A stretch of DNA of 64,000 nt from Bdellovibrionota bacterium (GTDB lineage Bacteria > Bdellovibrionota_C > UBA2361 > JAAYZI01), in assembly GCA_050950765.1 (NCBI GenBank), contig JBMNIF010000002.1, positions 416,001-480,000 on the forward strand, in the 5' to 3' direction. Shown here piece by piece: positions 39,268-49,588 of this stretch. Below the pieces are notes generated by a model that saw nothing but the letters and a program-made list of their open reading frames with translations, was not told where the DNA came from and did no database searches. The number at the start of each line of letters is the position of its first letter. Position 1 is the first letter of the stretch. Position numbers and translations under genes: made by a program.

Positions 39268-41048
39268 GCCAACTCTTCCCATCTAGCATAAAGCCTTTCG
39301 ACCTCTTTCTTTGCCCTCTCCCAATCCTGAGTGGCTTGCAGAGCTGTTTCTGCATTACTCATCTGTTGCGGATCGTTAATTATCTCTTGATACTTCTGCA
39401 AAGTTTCTTCAGCAAGTAAGATCGCTTCTTCCATACCATCCAACTCGCGCTGCTCCATATAAGTCAACTTCTTTCTATCACTCTTTACGGGAGCATCTTT
39501 TTTCTTATCTATCTCTGATCTAGGTTTATCTGTTTTTAAGGGTGTACTTAGAGCGCCCTCCCACTGGGCATAATCAGCATAGGTTAAAACTTTCCCATTA
39601 TTTTGAATATCGATCCCGATAAAAGTATCACAAACTCGGTCTATTAAATAACGATCATGCGTAACCAATACCACAGCACCCGCAAACTCTTTTAAACTCT
39701 GCTCTAAAGATTCCATAGCCGGAATATCTAGATCGTTAGTCGGTTCATCCAGTAGTAACACATCCGCCGGTGTTAACATTAACTGCGCAATAGCTAGCCT
39801 CGCTTGCTCACCACCAGAAAGCTCTTTAACTTTCAGATCGATCTGATCTGCTCTAAATTGAAAACGGGCTGCCCAACCGTACAGATGAATAGACTGCCCA
39901 TTAAAAACCACACTATCACCGTGACTACATAAAGCACGACGCACGCTCCATTCCGGATCTAAGTTGGATCTATTCTGTTTAAAGGTTGCTATCTTTAGAT
40001 CAGGAGCGTGGATAACTGAACCGCCACTCGGTTGCAACTCTTTAGCAAGAACCTTTAATATCGTAGTTTTCCCACTGCCGTTCGGCCCTAACACTCCGAG
40101 ACGTGAAGTAGGAGAGATTATCAGATTCAATCCTTTAAAAACCTCTTTATCTTTGAAACGTTTTGCAGCACCTTTAACTTCTATCAACTTCTTTGTCTTA
40201 CGTTCAGATGCTGAAAATGAGATATCTGTCGAAGACTCCCTTAAGCGTTCTGAAGTTGCTTCAAGTTTATCCATCAGATCATAAGCTTGATCCGTTCTGT
40301 ACTTAGCTCGAGTCCCACGTGCTTTAATCCCTTGACGCAACCACTCCGTTTCACGGCGCACCTTATTGGCAAGCACCTCTTTTTCACGCATTTGCGCATC
40401 TAAAAAGAGCTCTCTTTGTTCAAGAAAACGTCGATAATCTCCATCAACTATCAGATACCCTTTCGGATAAGCGCGGTTTATTTCAAGAATTCTTTGGGTG
40501 GTGCGTTGCAAAAACCACCTATCGTGTGTAATTGCGATCCAAGCAAAAGAAGCAGATCGAAGTGTCGTCTCAAGCCAAAGAATACCTTCTAGATCAAGGT
40601 GATTAGTCGGCTCATCTAAAAAAAGCACCTCCGGAGATTGTACCAATGCACACGCCAAAGCTAAACGCTTTTTCATACCACCAGAAAGATCTGCTACCCT
40701 ACCTTCCGTTAAGCAGGCTTGTCTGCCAATAATAGAAACTAACTTATTGCGCTCTTCTTCTGAAAGTTTAGAACTTTTAGCGCTCTGCTCTAAGGTTGAA
40801 ATGACCTCTGCATCTTCAGGGAAAGAAGGGCTCTGATCTACAAAAGCAAGTGAGAGATCTTTCTTCTGTGCAACTACTCCCTCGTCAGGATCCTGCCTCT
40901 TACCCAAGATAGAAAGTAGGGTCGATTTACCGCAGCCGTTACGCCCAATAACACCGAGCTTCTCACCTTCGTTAATTGTTAAGGTGAGTCCTTGAAAAAG
41001 CGGATCCCCTGTAAAAGTTTTACTAATATTTGAGCACGAAATAAGCAT
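39252..41048 (-). CDS. uup: ABC-F ATPase Uup
   Basis: Two ABC domains (GRNGCGKST, GPNGSGKTT), LSGG, LDEPTN, RRETEWLRQG.KARGT linker, KLTYMEQREL C-terminal domain. Confidence 0.9.
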   Translation of the reverse strand: MLISCSNISKTFTGDPLFQGLTLTINEGEKLGVIGRNGCGKSTLLSILGKRQDPDEGVVAQKKDLSLAFVDQSPSFPEDAEVISTLEQSAKSSKLSEEERNKLVSIIGRQACLTEGRVADLSGGMKKRLALACALVQSPEVLFLDEPTNHLDLEGILWLETTLRSASFAWIAITHDRWFLQRTTQRILEINRAYPKGYLIVDGDYRRFLEQRELFLDAQMREKEVLANKVRRETEWLRQGIKARGTRAKYRTDQAYDLMDKLEATSERLRESSTDISFSASERKTKKLIEVKGAAKRFKDKEVFKGLNLIISPTSRLGVLGPNGSGKTTILKVLAKELQPSGGSVIHAPDLKIATFKQNRSNLDPEWSVRRALCSHGDSVVFNGQSIHLYGWAARFQFRADQIDLKVKELSGGEQARLAIAQLMLTPADVLLLDEPTNDLDIPAMESLEQSLKEFAGAVVLVTHDRYLIDRVCDTFIGIDIQNNGKVLTYADYAQWEGALSTPLKTDKPRSEIDKKKDAPVKSDRKKLTYMEQRELDGMEEAILLAEETLQKYQEIINDPQQMSNAETALQATQDWERAKKEVERLYARWEELADAAL

Positions 41049-41315
41049 ATCAATTCTTTATAGTTAAGAGATACAAGGAGTGATCTTACTTCACGCTTCT
41101 ATATAAAATCAATCAACTTAAAAAAGGCACCATCAGAACACACTTTAAAAGATACAAAAGGCATAAAGAACACTTAAAATATTTCAGATGACGATGCTGG
41201 CGCAAAGTGAAACAAGGGGCTAGGATATATCTTCTCATCTTTTAAATTAAATCTGTACCGCATCCATAAGTTGTTGCATAGGAACACCTAACCTATTTTA
41301 CACTCAGGTTACGTA

Positions 41316-41537
41316 ATGACTGATGATTGTTTAGATAAGAGGACTCGAGCAGAAGATATCTTACTCGGCTCAATCGGACTGGATGAAGACGCTCATATCG
41401 TTAACGTCTCCAGAACTGCAGACGGCTATCAAGGAATCGCCGTATGGAGTGACGGAGAAAAATTTAATTTTGAATCAGACGGTGGACTGACTCCTTTAGA
41501 AGAGTGGGCATTAAATATCTTTCTTGCAGGTAAGTAA
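41316..41537 (+). CDS. Small hypothetical protein
   Basis: 73-aa ORF with plausible composition. Confidence 0.6.
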   Translation: MTDDCLDKRTRAEDILLGSIGLDEDAHIVNVSRTADGYQGIAVWSDGEKFNFESDGGLTPLEEWALNIFLAGK

Positions 41538-41647
41538 CTATTATTTATAATCTCTCAATATTATAAAATTACCACCTTCATCTTCTATTTTTGAGAGGCG
41601 AGGTAGTGCTGTGTTCTATACAGCACTTAGGATGCTACATACTAAAA

Positions 41648-41682
41648 AGGACACCTACCTTGTGTAGGTGTCCTAAAAAAAT
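41648..41682. terminator. Hairpin terminator downstream of fliS
   Basis: aggacacctac-cttgt-gtaggtgtcct stem flanked by A-runs. Confidence 0.75.
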
Positions 41683-41705
41683 ATAGATCATGGAGAAGAA
41701 ACTTG

Positions 41706-42155
41706 TTAGAGAGAGATCTGAACTCTCTTAATCTCATCGTGGTCGATCTTAGGCTGTTGCATAATACCTGTTTTCTTTTCGCCTTCAATGACCTCTTTAT
41801 ATGCGCCGTAAATAATATCAAGCAAGTTAATAACTTTACTGATGCGCGCGCCATCACGGTGTAAGTTTGCTTCCGTCAGATAGAACAACATAAAATCATA
41901 AAGTCTATCTAGATCACGTGCAATCGTACCACCCTTTTCAAAATCGATGGTATTCATCAACTCCGCAATAATGGCTTGCCCTTTACTGAGGAATCGACAG
42001 AACTTCTGAATGTCTTTTTCCTCGAGACCAGCTTTGGATTGTTTGAGGAATTTAATCGCTCCCTCGTACATCATCAATAACAAACGACCGCGATCGGTAG
42101 TTGTAATTTGAACGTTTTTATATGCTGAATGAGCATCTTTCCCGTACATGGACAC
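41706..42155 (-). CDS. fliS: Flagellar export chaperone FliS
   Basis: AYKNVQITT..LLLMMYEGAIKFL..KGQAIIAEL..DFEKGG.IARDL.RLYDFM..L.EAN. Confidence 0.95.
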   Translation of the reverse strand: MSMYGKDAHSAYKNVQITTTDRGRLLLMMYEGAIKFLKQSKAGLEEKDIQKFCRFLSKGQAIIAELMNTIDFEKGGTIARDLDRLYDFMLFYLTEANLHRDGARISKVINLLDIIYGAYKEVIEGEKKTGIMQQPKIDHDEIKRVQISL

Positions 42156-42212
42156 CTCTTTTAAAAAAATCAGACTTCTTTTAAACGGATAACTTCCTAA
42201 GTCCTAAAATCT

Positions 42213-42240
42213 TTATCGACCTCAATATAAAAGAGCTTGA
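42213..42240 (-). promoter_or_regulatory. Sigma28-type promoter of fliS
   Basis: Minus strand TCAAG-N15-GTCGATAA. Confidence 0.6.
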
Positions 42241-42313
42241 GCAGAAAAATTAACCTAGCTAACAAGCTATATAAACTACTGTTTTTTCGCTCAAAAGTTC
42301 CATAAAATACTGT

Positions 42314-43111
42314 CTAACGTAGCTCTTGTGCCCGTATCTGTGCCTGTTTAATCCCTGCTTTTAAAGCCTCAAAAACACCTTTACTATCAAACACTTTAAT
42401 AGCAGCTTCAGTTGTACCTCCTTTTGATGTTACGCGTTTACGTAACTCTTCAACGGACACATCTGCACCTTCCCAAAGCTCCACTGCACCCTTTATCGTT
42501 TGAGCAGCCATTAAATGTGCATCATCTTCAGAGAATCCGAGTTCAGCAGCAGCCTTTAAAAAAGCTTCGATAAAATAAAATACATAGGCAGGTCCACTAC
42601 CAGAGAGTGCCGTAACACCATCCAGCAACTCCTCTTTTGCAACACGCAAACACCTTCCACCAGCAGAAAGGATCGCTTCCACCACCTCAAGGTCTTTTTC
42701 AGAGACAGCCGAAGATGGAAAGTACGCCGTCATGCCAACCCCGCTCTGAAAAGGTGTATTAGGCATACACCGCACGATCTTTTGATGTCCACCCAGTGCA
42801 GTTGAAATACTTTCAATCTGCATCCCAGCCATAATCGAAAGGAGTAATGTTTCAGGAGTAATCTTTGATGCCAGATCCGCACAAGCTTTCTGCATATCTT
42901 GCGGCTTTACAGCTAAAAGAAGAGGACCCCTTTTAATTTGCGGAACATCTTCTACAACACGACAAGCGAGCTTCTTAATTAAATCACTACGTCGTGCTGC
43001 ATCACGCTCAACTATTACAAGATTCTCCGCATCTACTAATTTTTTTTCGAGACAGAGGGAAGCAAAGGCAAACCCCATATTTCCACCACCGATAACAACA
43101 AACTCTTGCAT
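42314..43111 (-). CDS. proC: Pyrroline-5-carboxylate reductase
   Basis: IGGGNMG, LAVKPQ, RCMPNTP, TALSGSGPAY, VTSKGGTT. Confidence 0.97.
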   Translation of the reverse strand: MQEFVVIGGGNMGFAFASLCLEKKLVDAENLVIVERDAARRSDLIKKLACRVVEDVPQIKRGPLLLAVKPQDMQKACADLASKITPETLLLSIMAGMQIESISTALGGHQKIVRCMPNTPFQSGVGMTAYFPSSAVSEKDLEVVEAILSAGGRCLRVAKEELLDGVTALSGSGPAYVFYFIEAFLKAAAELGFSEDDAHLMAAQTIKGAVELWEGADVSVEELRKRVTSKGGTTEAAIKVFDSKGVFEALKAGIKQAQIRAQELR

Positions 43112-43172
43112 GGCGCACCCCTAAATAAAAAACACCCCCCATTAACTCTAAAAGTGCTCGTTCCAAAAGCTC

Positions 43173-43475
43173 CTACTTCTTTCCGACACAAGAACACTTC
43201 TCAACTTCTACATCTGCACCTTTTTTAGGAGGCTCTAAGTTTAAAAAAAGACACATCTGATCCAGCAAGCGATCGTAATCTCTAAGTTCTCCCATGTTTA
43301 AACGATACTCATTAAGAATCCTTATCTGAAACTCTTCTTGCCACTCATCCCATGCAGCTTTAGAGACCTTTTTATAGATCGCCTCGCCCAGTTTTCCTGG
43401 AAATGGAGCTTTTTCCAAGCCTGCCATCTCTTTACCGTATTTTACACAATGAACCATTTTTTCCTCACTAGCCAT
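43173..43475 (-). CDS. Fe(II)-trafficking / oxidative damage protection protein (YggX family)
   Basis: VHCVKYGKE..GL..APFPG.LG..IY..VSK.AWDEW....ILNEYRLN. Confidence 0.9.
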   Translation of the reverse strand: MASEEKMVHCVKYGKEMAGLEKAPFPGKLGEAIYKKVSKAAWDEWQEEFQIRILNEYRLNMGELRDYDRLLDQMCLFLNLEPPKKGADVEVEKCSCVGKK

Positions 43476-43690
43476 CTTTACCCCTTATAAATACACAACA
43501 TCACAGCATCTATACCTCTACCGTTTCCAATAAACCTTTTTTTCCTCACTAGCCATCTTTACCCCTTATAAATACACAGCATCGCAGCATCTATACCTCT
43601 ACCGTTTCCAATAAACCTTTTTTTCCTCACTAGCCATCTTTACCCCTCATAAATACACAGCATCACAGCATTTATACAGATACCGTTTTT
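43457..43690. repeat. Three tandem copies (period 81 bp) of the start codon, RBS and upstream region of the YggX-like gene
   Basis: cctcactagccatctttacccc at 43463, 43544 and 43625. Confidence 0.92.
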
Positions 43691-43809
43691 CTAACAAATT
43701 CATAAGAAAATAGCATCTTATAATAATGCACCCCCCCTTAAAGAATAACCATTCGGTTTCTACGCCTTAAAAAGCAACCTTTTTATTTATTACCCAATAA
43801 CGGTACAGC

Positions 43810-44511
43810 ATGTTTTCTTTACGCTTATTAGGGAGATCTTTTAAGCATAAACGGTTTTTTAAAGAGGTTGTTATGACGATATCAGAAAAGAGCGATTCTC
43901 AATTATTAGACGGAATAAAACGGAGAGATTCAGCAGCTTTTGAAGAGATTGTTAATCGCTATCAGGAAAAGGTCTTTCGCCTCGCTCTTCATATCACTAA
44001 GCACCAAGAAGATGCTGAAGATGTTATACAAGATACCTTTTTAAAAGTTTTTAGTAAGATCTATACCTTTAGAAATGAATCATCCTTCTCCAGTTGGCTC
44101 TTTCGCATTGCAGCCAATTCTGCCCTAATGAAGTTGCGCTCACGTAACAGACGACTTAAATCAGAACTAACTAACAGTACCGCCACAGGTGTAGAAACAG
44201 CTATCGCAATATGTAACGATTATGATCTTAATTACGCTTCAAGCTCTTACGAAATACGTAACGTTCTCCAGAAAGCCACAGACTCTCTTCCGACCGATTA
44301 TAAAATAATCTTTATTTTACGAGATATGGATAATCTCTCTAATCAAGAGATAAGTGAAGCTATGAACATAACTGTCGCCTCAGTAAAATCAAAGTTGCAC
44401 CGTGCCAGATTACGACTCCGTAAAAAGCTGCATAACTTTTATGAGGATTATAAGTCTCCAGAAATAATATTTTACAAAGAGCCGTTCACAGAACAGGCTT
44501 GCAGAAATTAA
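43810..44511 (+). CDS. ECF-type sigma factor (likely start ATG 43873)
   Basis: AFEEIVNRY, DAEDVIQDTF, FRNESSFSSWLFRIA, VKSKLHRAR. Confidence 0.92.
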   Translation: MFSLRLLGRSFKHKRFFKEVVMTISEKSDSQLLDGIKRRDSAAFEEIVNRYQEKVFRLALHITKHQEDAEDVIQDTFLKVFSKIYTFRNESSFSSWLFRIAANSALMKLRSRNRRLKSELTNSTATGVETAIAICNDYDLNYASSSYEIRNVLQKATDSLPTDYKIIFILRDMDNLSNQEISEAMNITVASVKSKLHRARLRLRKKLHNFYEDYKSPEIIFYKEPFTEQACRN

Positions 44512-44942
44512 AGTAATAGCTTCGTTATAAGAAGAAGTTTTTTTAAAGCATTTTTAATGTTGGTGTTACCCTTTAGCCCAAACTTTCCCCCCTTACGTAT
44601 GTTAAGAGGTGGTATCTCCCATTAATAAGACGTAACTCCTTTTTTTTATCTCGATATTTTGTTGCCTAATTGAGGGGATTTTTGCTTTCTTTACATACCT
44701 AAATACGTATGTCAAAACAGCGAAAAAGTTACCCCCTTTTATCGCTAATTTTTAAAAGATTTCTATCAGTTATAACAATATTGCTACTTTATAGTTACGT
44801 AAATTACAAAAAAGTTTGGGCTTTAGCTAAAAGCTTTTAAAAAAGCATCTCGACTAAAAAAGAAATTTTTAATTTTGAGGTTTTAAAAAAGTATCTCGAC
44901 TAGAGAGTAAGGCTCTTGTAATAAGAATAATAAAAAAAATTA

Positions 44943-45902
44943 CTACTCTTCAGAACCTTCACAACTTTCTTCAGCAACTAAACCGAGTTGCTTTAAAACA
45001 GCTTGAAACGTTCTCTCTAAAGCGTAATGCACTAACGGATCTCTTGAAAAACTTGAATAGAAAGTTTTCTTTAAGGTTGCTACCTTTTCCTCTACGGGAA
45101 GATCCTGCTTCTTGCTCTCTTTTATTAGATCTTCATAGCTATCTAAAATACTTTGCAAATGCGTACGAACCAAATGACCCGTGATCATCCCGATATTGGG
45201 AAAACAGATTGCAGAGATCTCAACATCATTAAAATATCTTATCGTGGTTAAGCTCTTCTCAAGGCTCCAATCTCCCCCTGGAGCAGCTAACTCTTTTCCT
45301 CGAAAATATCCGAACCCCTCATCAACCACAACAAAATCATAGGGCTCAACCACAAAAGCAAAAGACTCCTCCGTATGCCCCTCCGCCTTCACACACCGCA
45401 CCCTAATATTTTCATTGATTTGAAAAACTTCAGAATCGGGAAAAACGGTATCAATTTTTAGTGCTGCATAAAAATCTTCAAAAGAGAGTGGTTGCACAGT
45501 GGAGTCTAAATCATAAAGCGCACAGATCTCCTGATCTTGATCATAGATATCTCTGACAAAACTCTCATCATTTAACTTCTCCTGCATTAACGAGGAGCCG
45601 TATAAAACGATCTCGGAGCGCTGCTTTAAATACGGAATAGCAGCAACTCTCTCCGGATGAAGGTGTGTAATAAAGATCTCTTTAATCTGATCAGGTTGCT
45701 TGTGCAGCTCCATCTCCATCCTTTTGTATAGATACGGGATATGAATGGAGAGACCTGGATCGAAAAGGAGACAACCATCCTCTTTTTTTATTGCGTATTG
45801 GCACGATCCACCAAAAGTTAAGAGAAAGAAATCCGGATATATTTGACCACTGGCATGTATAAGCATAACTACTAAAATAGCATCAAAATTTAGTTGTCTC
45901 AA
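44943..45902 (-). CDS. Metallo-beta-lactamase-fold protein
   Basis: LFDPG, ITHLHPER (degenerate HxHxDH), EGHT. Confidence 0.7.
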   Translation of the reverse strand: MRQLNFDAILVVMLIHASGQIYPDFFLLTFGGSCQYAIKKEDGCLLFDPGLSIHIPYLYKRMEMELHKQPDQIKEIFITHLHPERVAAIPYLKQRSEIVLYGSSLMQEKLNDESFVRDIYDQDQEICALYDLDSTVQPLSFEDFYAALKIDTVFPDSEVFQINENIRVRCVKAEGHTEESFAFVVEPYDFVVVDEGFGYFRGKELAAPGGDWSLEKSLTTIRYFNDVEISAICFPNIGMITGHLVRTHLQSILDSYEDLIKESKKQDLPVEEKVATLKKTFYSSFSRDPLVHYALERTFQAVLKQLGLVAEESCEGSEE

Positions 45903-46234
45903 GTTACTTCATAAGGTGGTCTAATATACTGTAATCAGTCGACCCCCTACCTCAGAACTGTCCCAAAAGATAAAAAAGGCTCCCTCCAAATGCCCTTGTC
46001 CATTCCTAAAAATAAAAAAAGACCGTCTTCAAATGCCCTTATCCGTTAAAGGTTCCGACTTACATAATTTCCAACTTACATATTTTATTTATTAAAAGAA
46101 GTTATTGTAGACAAAATTTAATTTTTAAGGTCAAAAGAGCTCCACTCATCAAGACTTTAAAGCGCGTCCTTTTTTATCTGATTTTTTTATCTGATTTTTT
46201 TATCTGGCTTTTTATCCGAAAAGTTTAGGGAAAT

Positions 46235-46578
46235 TTACTTACTTTTTAGTAGAGGCAACTTAGCGGTGTTCCGCTATGACCGCCCTAACTTGGAGGGGGG
46301 AAAGCTGTTTTCTCCCTTACCCTTTTTAGTAGAGGCGATTTAGCAGCGTTCCGCTACGACCGCCCTAACTTGGAGGGGGAAAAACCTCTTACTCCCTTCG
46401 CTTTTTTAATATTACGGATCCCACCCAAATAAGAATTTGAATGGGATCCGCTAAGGGGAAAAAAGTTACTTACTTCCCTTTACCCTTTTTAGTAGAGGCA
46501 ACTTAGCAGTGTTCCGCTACGACCGCCCTAACTTGGAGGGAAAAAAGCTGCTTACTTCCCTTTACCTTTTTTAGTAGA
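46235..46578. repeat. ~80-bp units, each beginning with a copy of the recA 3' end, plus an internal hairpin
   Basis: tttttagtagaggc..tagcRgYgttccgcta..cgccctaacttggaggg near 46243, 46323 and 46486; cggatccca..tgggatccg hairpin at 46415-46450. Confidence 0.88.
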
Positions 46579-47673
46579 CCCTGCTGCAACACTATTAGGA
46601 GCAGTTGAGTCTTCTGAATCTAGCGCTGAATTATCTTCTTTAGCAGAGGCAGTTACGGGAACTTCACCTTTTAAGGCAGAGACGGTATCCATAATCAAAC
46701 CACGAATTTCCTGTGCAATTTCAGGATTCTCTTTAAGGAATGTCTTTGCCCCTTCACGTCCCTGTCCGAGCCTTTCACCTTTATATGAAAACCAAGCGCC
46801 AGCCTTATCAACTATCCCGTGTTCAACACCGAGATCGATAATCTCTCCGACCTGACTGATCCCTTCGTTAAAAATTATATCAAACTCAGCTTCACCAAAC
46901 GGAGCCGCTACCTTATTTTTAACAACCTTAACTCGCACGCGGTTACCAGTAACATCAGAGTTCTCTTTAATTGATGCTATGCGACGGATATCAAGTCTAA
47001 CAGAAGAGTAAAACTTTAAGGCATTTCCACCCGCTGTTGTCTCCGGCGAACCGAACATCACACCGATCTTCATCCTAATCTGGTTAATAAAGATTATAGT
47101 GCAGTTAGCACGAGCTGTTAAACCGGTTAACTTCCGCATAGCCTTACTCATTAAACGTGCTTGCATACCTGGTTGCTGGTCAGTCATTTCACCATCTATT
47201 TCAGCTCGCGGAACAAGCGCCGCCACAGAGTCTATCACTACCAACTCAACAGAACCGGATTGAATCAGAGCTTCACAGATCTCCAACGCCTGCTCACCAC
47301 AATCAGGTTGGCTAACTAAAAGCTTTGAGGTATCAACACCTAATTTTCTAGCATAATTCACATCTAAAGCGTGTTCTGCATCAATAAAGACGACAGCTCC
47401 TCCCTTCCTCTGCGCTTCAGCAGCCGCATGTAGAGCTAATGTAGTCTTTCCGGAAGATTCTGGGCCATAAATCTCAACAATACGTCCCTTCGGAAGTCCA
47501 CCAATCCCTAACGCAATATCTAAGCCGAGACTCCCTGTTGATATGGCTTCCTGTTTTTCAATCGGTCCCGAGCCCAAACTCATAATTGTGCCCTTGCCAT
47601 ATCTCTTCTCAAGGGCTCCGATAGCTGTCGATAACGCTTTTTCTTTCTCTGCTTCTGTTGCAAAATTAGCCAT
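46552..47673 (-). CDS. recA: Recombinase A
   Basis: [50 protein letters not shown]. Confidence 0.99.
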   Translation of the reverse strand: MANFATEAEKEKALSTAIGALEKRYGKGTIMSLGSGPIEKQEAISTGSLGLDIALGIGGLPKGRIVEIYGPESSGKTTLALHAAAEAQRKGGAVVFIDAEHALDVNYARKLGVDTSKLLVSQPDCGEQALEICEALIQSGSVELVVIDSVAALVPRAEIDGEMTDQQPGMQARLMSKAMRKLTGLTARANCTIIFINQIRMKIGVMFGSPETTAGGNALKFYSSVRLDIRRIASIKENSDVTGNRVRVKVVKNKVAAPFGEAEFDIIFNEGISQVGEIIDLGVEHGIVDKAGAWFSYKGERLGQGREGAKTFLKENPEIAQEIRGLIMDTVSALKGEVPVTASAKEDNSALDSEDSTAPNSVAAGSTKKGKGK

Positions 47674-47797
47674 GCTCTTTAACTCCTAATAAATGATATT
47701 ATCCATAAAATTTTTTATTCTTAAGGTCAGATTTGTAATCTCTAAACCTCCTCCTCATACGTTAAAATCACGTTTTCTCCACTATATATCACCAACT

Positions 47798-48451
47798 CTA
47801 CTGCATCTCTCGGATAACACCGATTACCCTGCCCTGCACCGTCACACTATCAAGCGTGATCGGGCTCATAGTCGGATTAGCTGGAATCAACATAATCTTA
47901 CCGTTCTTTAGTCGCCGATATTTCTTTAAAGTTGCTGTCCCATCATCTAATAATGCAACAACTATCTGACCGTCATCAGCAGTATCCTGTTTTCGTATCA
48001 CCACGATATCACGATCGCAGATGTGTGCATCGATCATAGAATCACCACTTACTTCAAGACAATAGACCTCGCCCCGCCCGCAGATCATCGCTGGCGGAAT
48101 ATCGATAGTTGTCGCCTGCTCAATAGCCTCAATAGGGGCTCCTGCCGCAATAACTCCAACTAGTGGCACAGCCATAGGGCTTAATTCAGGGGCATCGCTC
48201 TCTATCAATTCTATAACACCGTCACCAGAGCGCTTAATAAACCCCTTATCTACAAGCCTCTCAAGGTGGAAGTGCGCCGTAGAGGCAGATTTAACTCCGA
48301 TATGTTCTGCAATATCTTTCAAGGTAGGCGCATAGCCCCTGTCTGCAATAAAATTACGAAGGAATTCAAGCGTTTGCCGCTGCACAGGAGCTAAAGTGGT
48401 TGAACGATGCGTTTTTGATTCATACCCCATCTTAGTATCACCCTTTATCAT
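47798..48451 (-). CDS. lexA: SOS repressor LexA (likely start ATG 48430)
   Basis: HTH N-terminus, GVIAAG.P cleavage site, VSGDSMI, ATLKK; directly upstream of recA. Confidence 0.95.
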   Translation of the reverse strand: MIKGDTKMGYESKTHRSTTLAPVQRQTLEFLRNFIADRGYAPTLKDIAEHIGVKSASTAHFHLERLVDKGFIKRSGDGVIELIESDAPELSPMAVPLVGVIAAGAPIEAIEQATTIDIPPAMICGRGEVYCLEVSGDSMIDAHICDRDIVVIRKQDTADDGQIVVALLDDGTATLKKYRRLKNGKIMLIPANPTMSPITLDSVTVQGRVIGVIREMQ

Positions 48452-48640
48452 TACTTTCCCCCCTTTAATATTTTAAAATCAATATCTTAAGGTTCCTACT
48501 GAGCTAAGATTTAATCTCACCGGTAAAATCACTGGTAAAACACTACCGCAGGGATTAACTCTCGCCACTCAACATTATCTTACTATATGAAAAAAAACTA
48601 GAAAAACACAATAGAAAAAAACTAAATAGCTACAAAATAT

Positions 48641-48667
48641 TAATCTCTCCCATTTCGTTGCCGATTA
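48641..48667 (+). promoter_or_regulatory. Sigma28-type promoter
   Basis: TAAT-N15-GCCGATTA upstream of the receiver-domain gene. Confidence 0.5.
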
Positions 48668-48711
48668 AAGTTGCAGTTGTTGGTTGTGGGGGTTTTCTAT
48701 GGGAGGTTTTT

Positions 48712-49128
48712 ATGTTGGGCGAACGCAAACATATACGACTACTAATCGTCAACGAAGAGGAAGCGTACTGCAATCTCGTTAAAGAGCACATCAAGCTTAA
48801 TGACTACTGCTACGATATTGAGTGTCAATGCGTTCCAAGTGGAGAGGCTGCCGTTAAAGCTATCTCAAATTGGGGTCCCAACATGGTGCTTCTTGATATG
48901 TTCATCTCGGACATGAACGGTTTTGATCTTCTTAAATATTGTAACGGCACACAAACTCCCGTCGTCGTCACATCAGAAGAGCACCTCGATCAGATCGAAC
49001 GTGAAGTGCTGGAAGTCGGTGCTGCTGATTATTTTAAAGCTGATGACGATCCTGACAATATGGATTACCTACTGGAAAAAGTGGTTGAACTCGCCACCTC
49101 CGACCAGACCCCTTTTTGGTACCAATAA
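48712..49128 (+). CDS. Single-domain response regulator (receiver)
   Basis: VLLDMFISDMNGFDLL, PVVVTS, GAADYF.K; ggagg RBS precedes ATG 48712. Confidence 0.85.
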   Translation: MLGERKHIRLLIVNEEEAYCNLVKEHIKLNDYCYDIECQCVPSGEAAVKAISNWGPNMVLLDMFISDMNGFDLLKYCNGTQTPVVVTSEEHLDQIEREVLEVGAADYFKADDDPDNMDYLLEKVVELATSDQTPFWYQ

Positions 49129-49180
49129 CAGGAGCCTCTATTTTTTATACAGTCTCAATATAAATAAAAAGGATTATTAA

Positions 49181-49573
49181 ATGTTACTCGCTTATATGCA
49201 CTGTTTTGGAGTTGAATCAGATTGTCACGACCTCTGTTTAGTAGCTGATAAGCCAGATCAATTCTCTTGTCCGGTTCGAGTTGTTACATTAAGAGAAACA
49301 ACTGCTGCTGTTTACAGACTTGGTCCGCAGGAATGCGTCAATATCGATCTAGACCGTAACGACAACGGTTTAGTAATAACCCCGCTCTACCCCGCCAATC
49401 TCTTTCTAACACCAGATCTACCGACCTATCCCGGTATGAAAACAAAAAAGATAAAAATTTTTCAGAACCAGAACGGAGATTTTACCGTTTACTATCTACC
49501 TGAAGTAGATATAGACGGTAGCTGGAAAGAGTGGATCCCTAACCGCGAAAAACGCGCTGCTACACATCTATAA
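49181..49573 (+). CDS. Hypothetical protein
   Basis: 130-aa ORF with an aagga RBS. Confidence 0.7.
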   Translation: MLLAYMHCFGVESDCHDLCLVADKPDQFSCPVRVVTLRETTAAVYRLGPQECVNIDLDRNDNGLVITPLYPANLFLTPDLPTYPGMKTKKIKIFQNQNGDFTVYYLPEVDIDGSWKEWIPNREKRAATHL

Positions 49574-49588
49574 TATAATAGTACAAGA

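Noticed and set aside
48452..48640. LexA operator upstream of lexA (repeats tagaaaaa and cacYggtaaaa)
   Set aside because: No match to an SOS box I can name confidently, and the region is low complexity.
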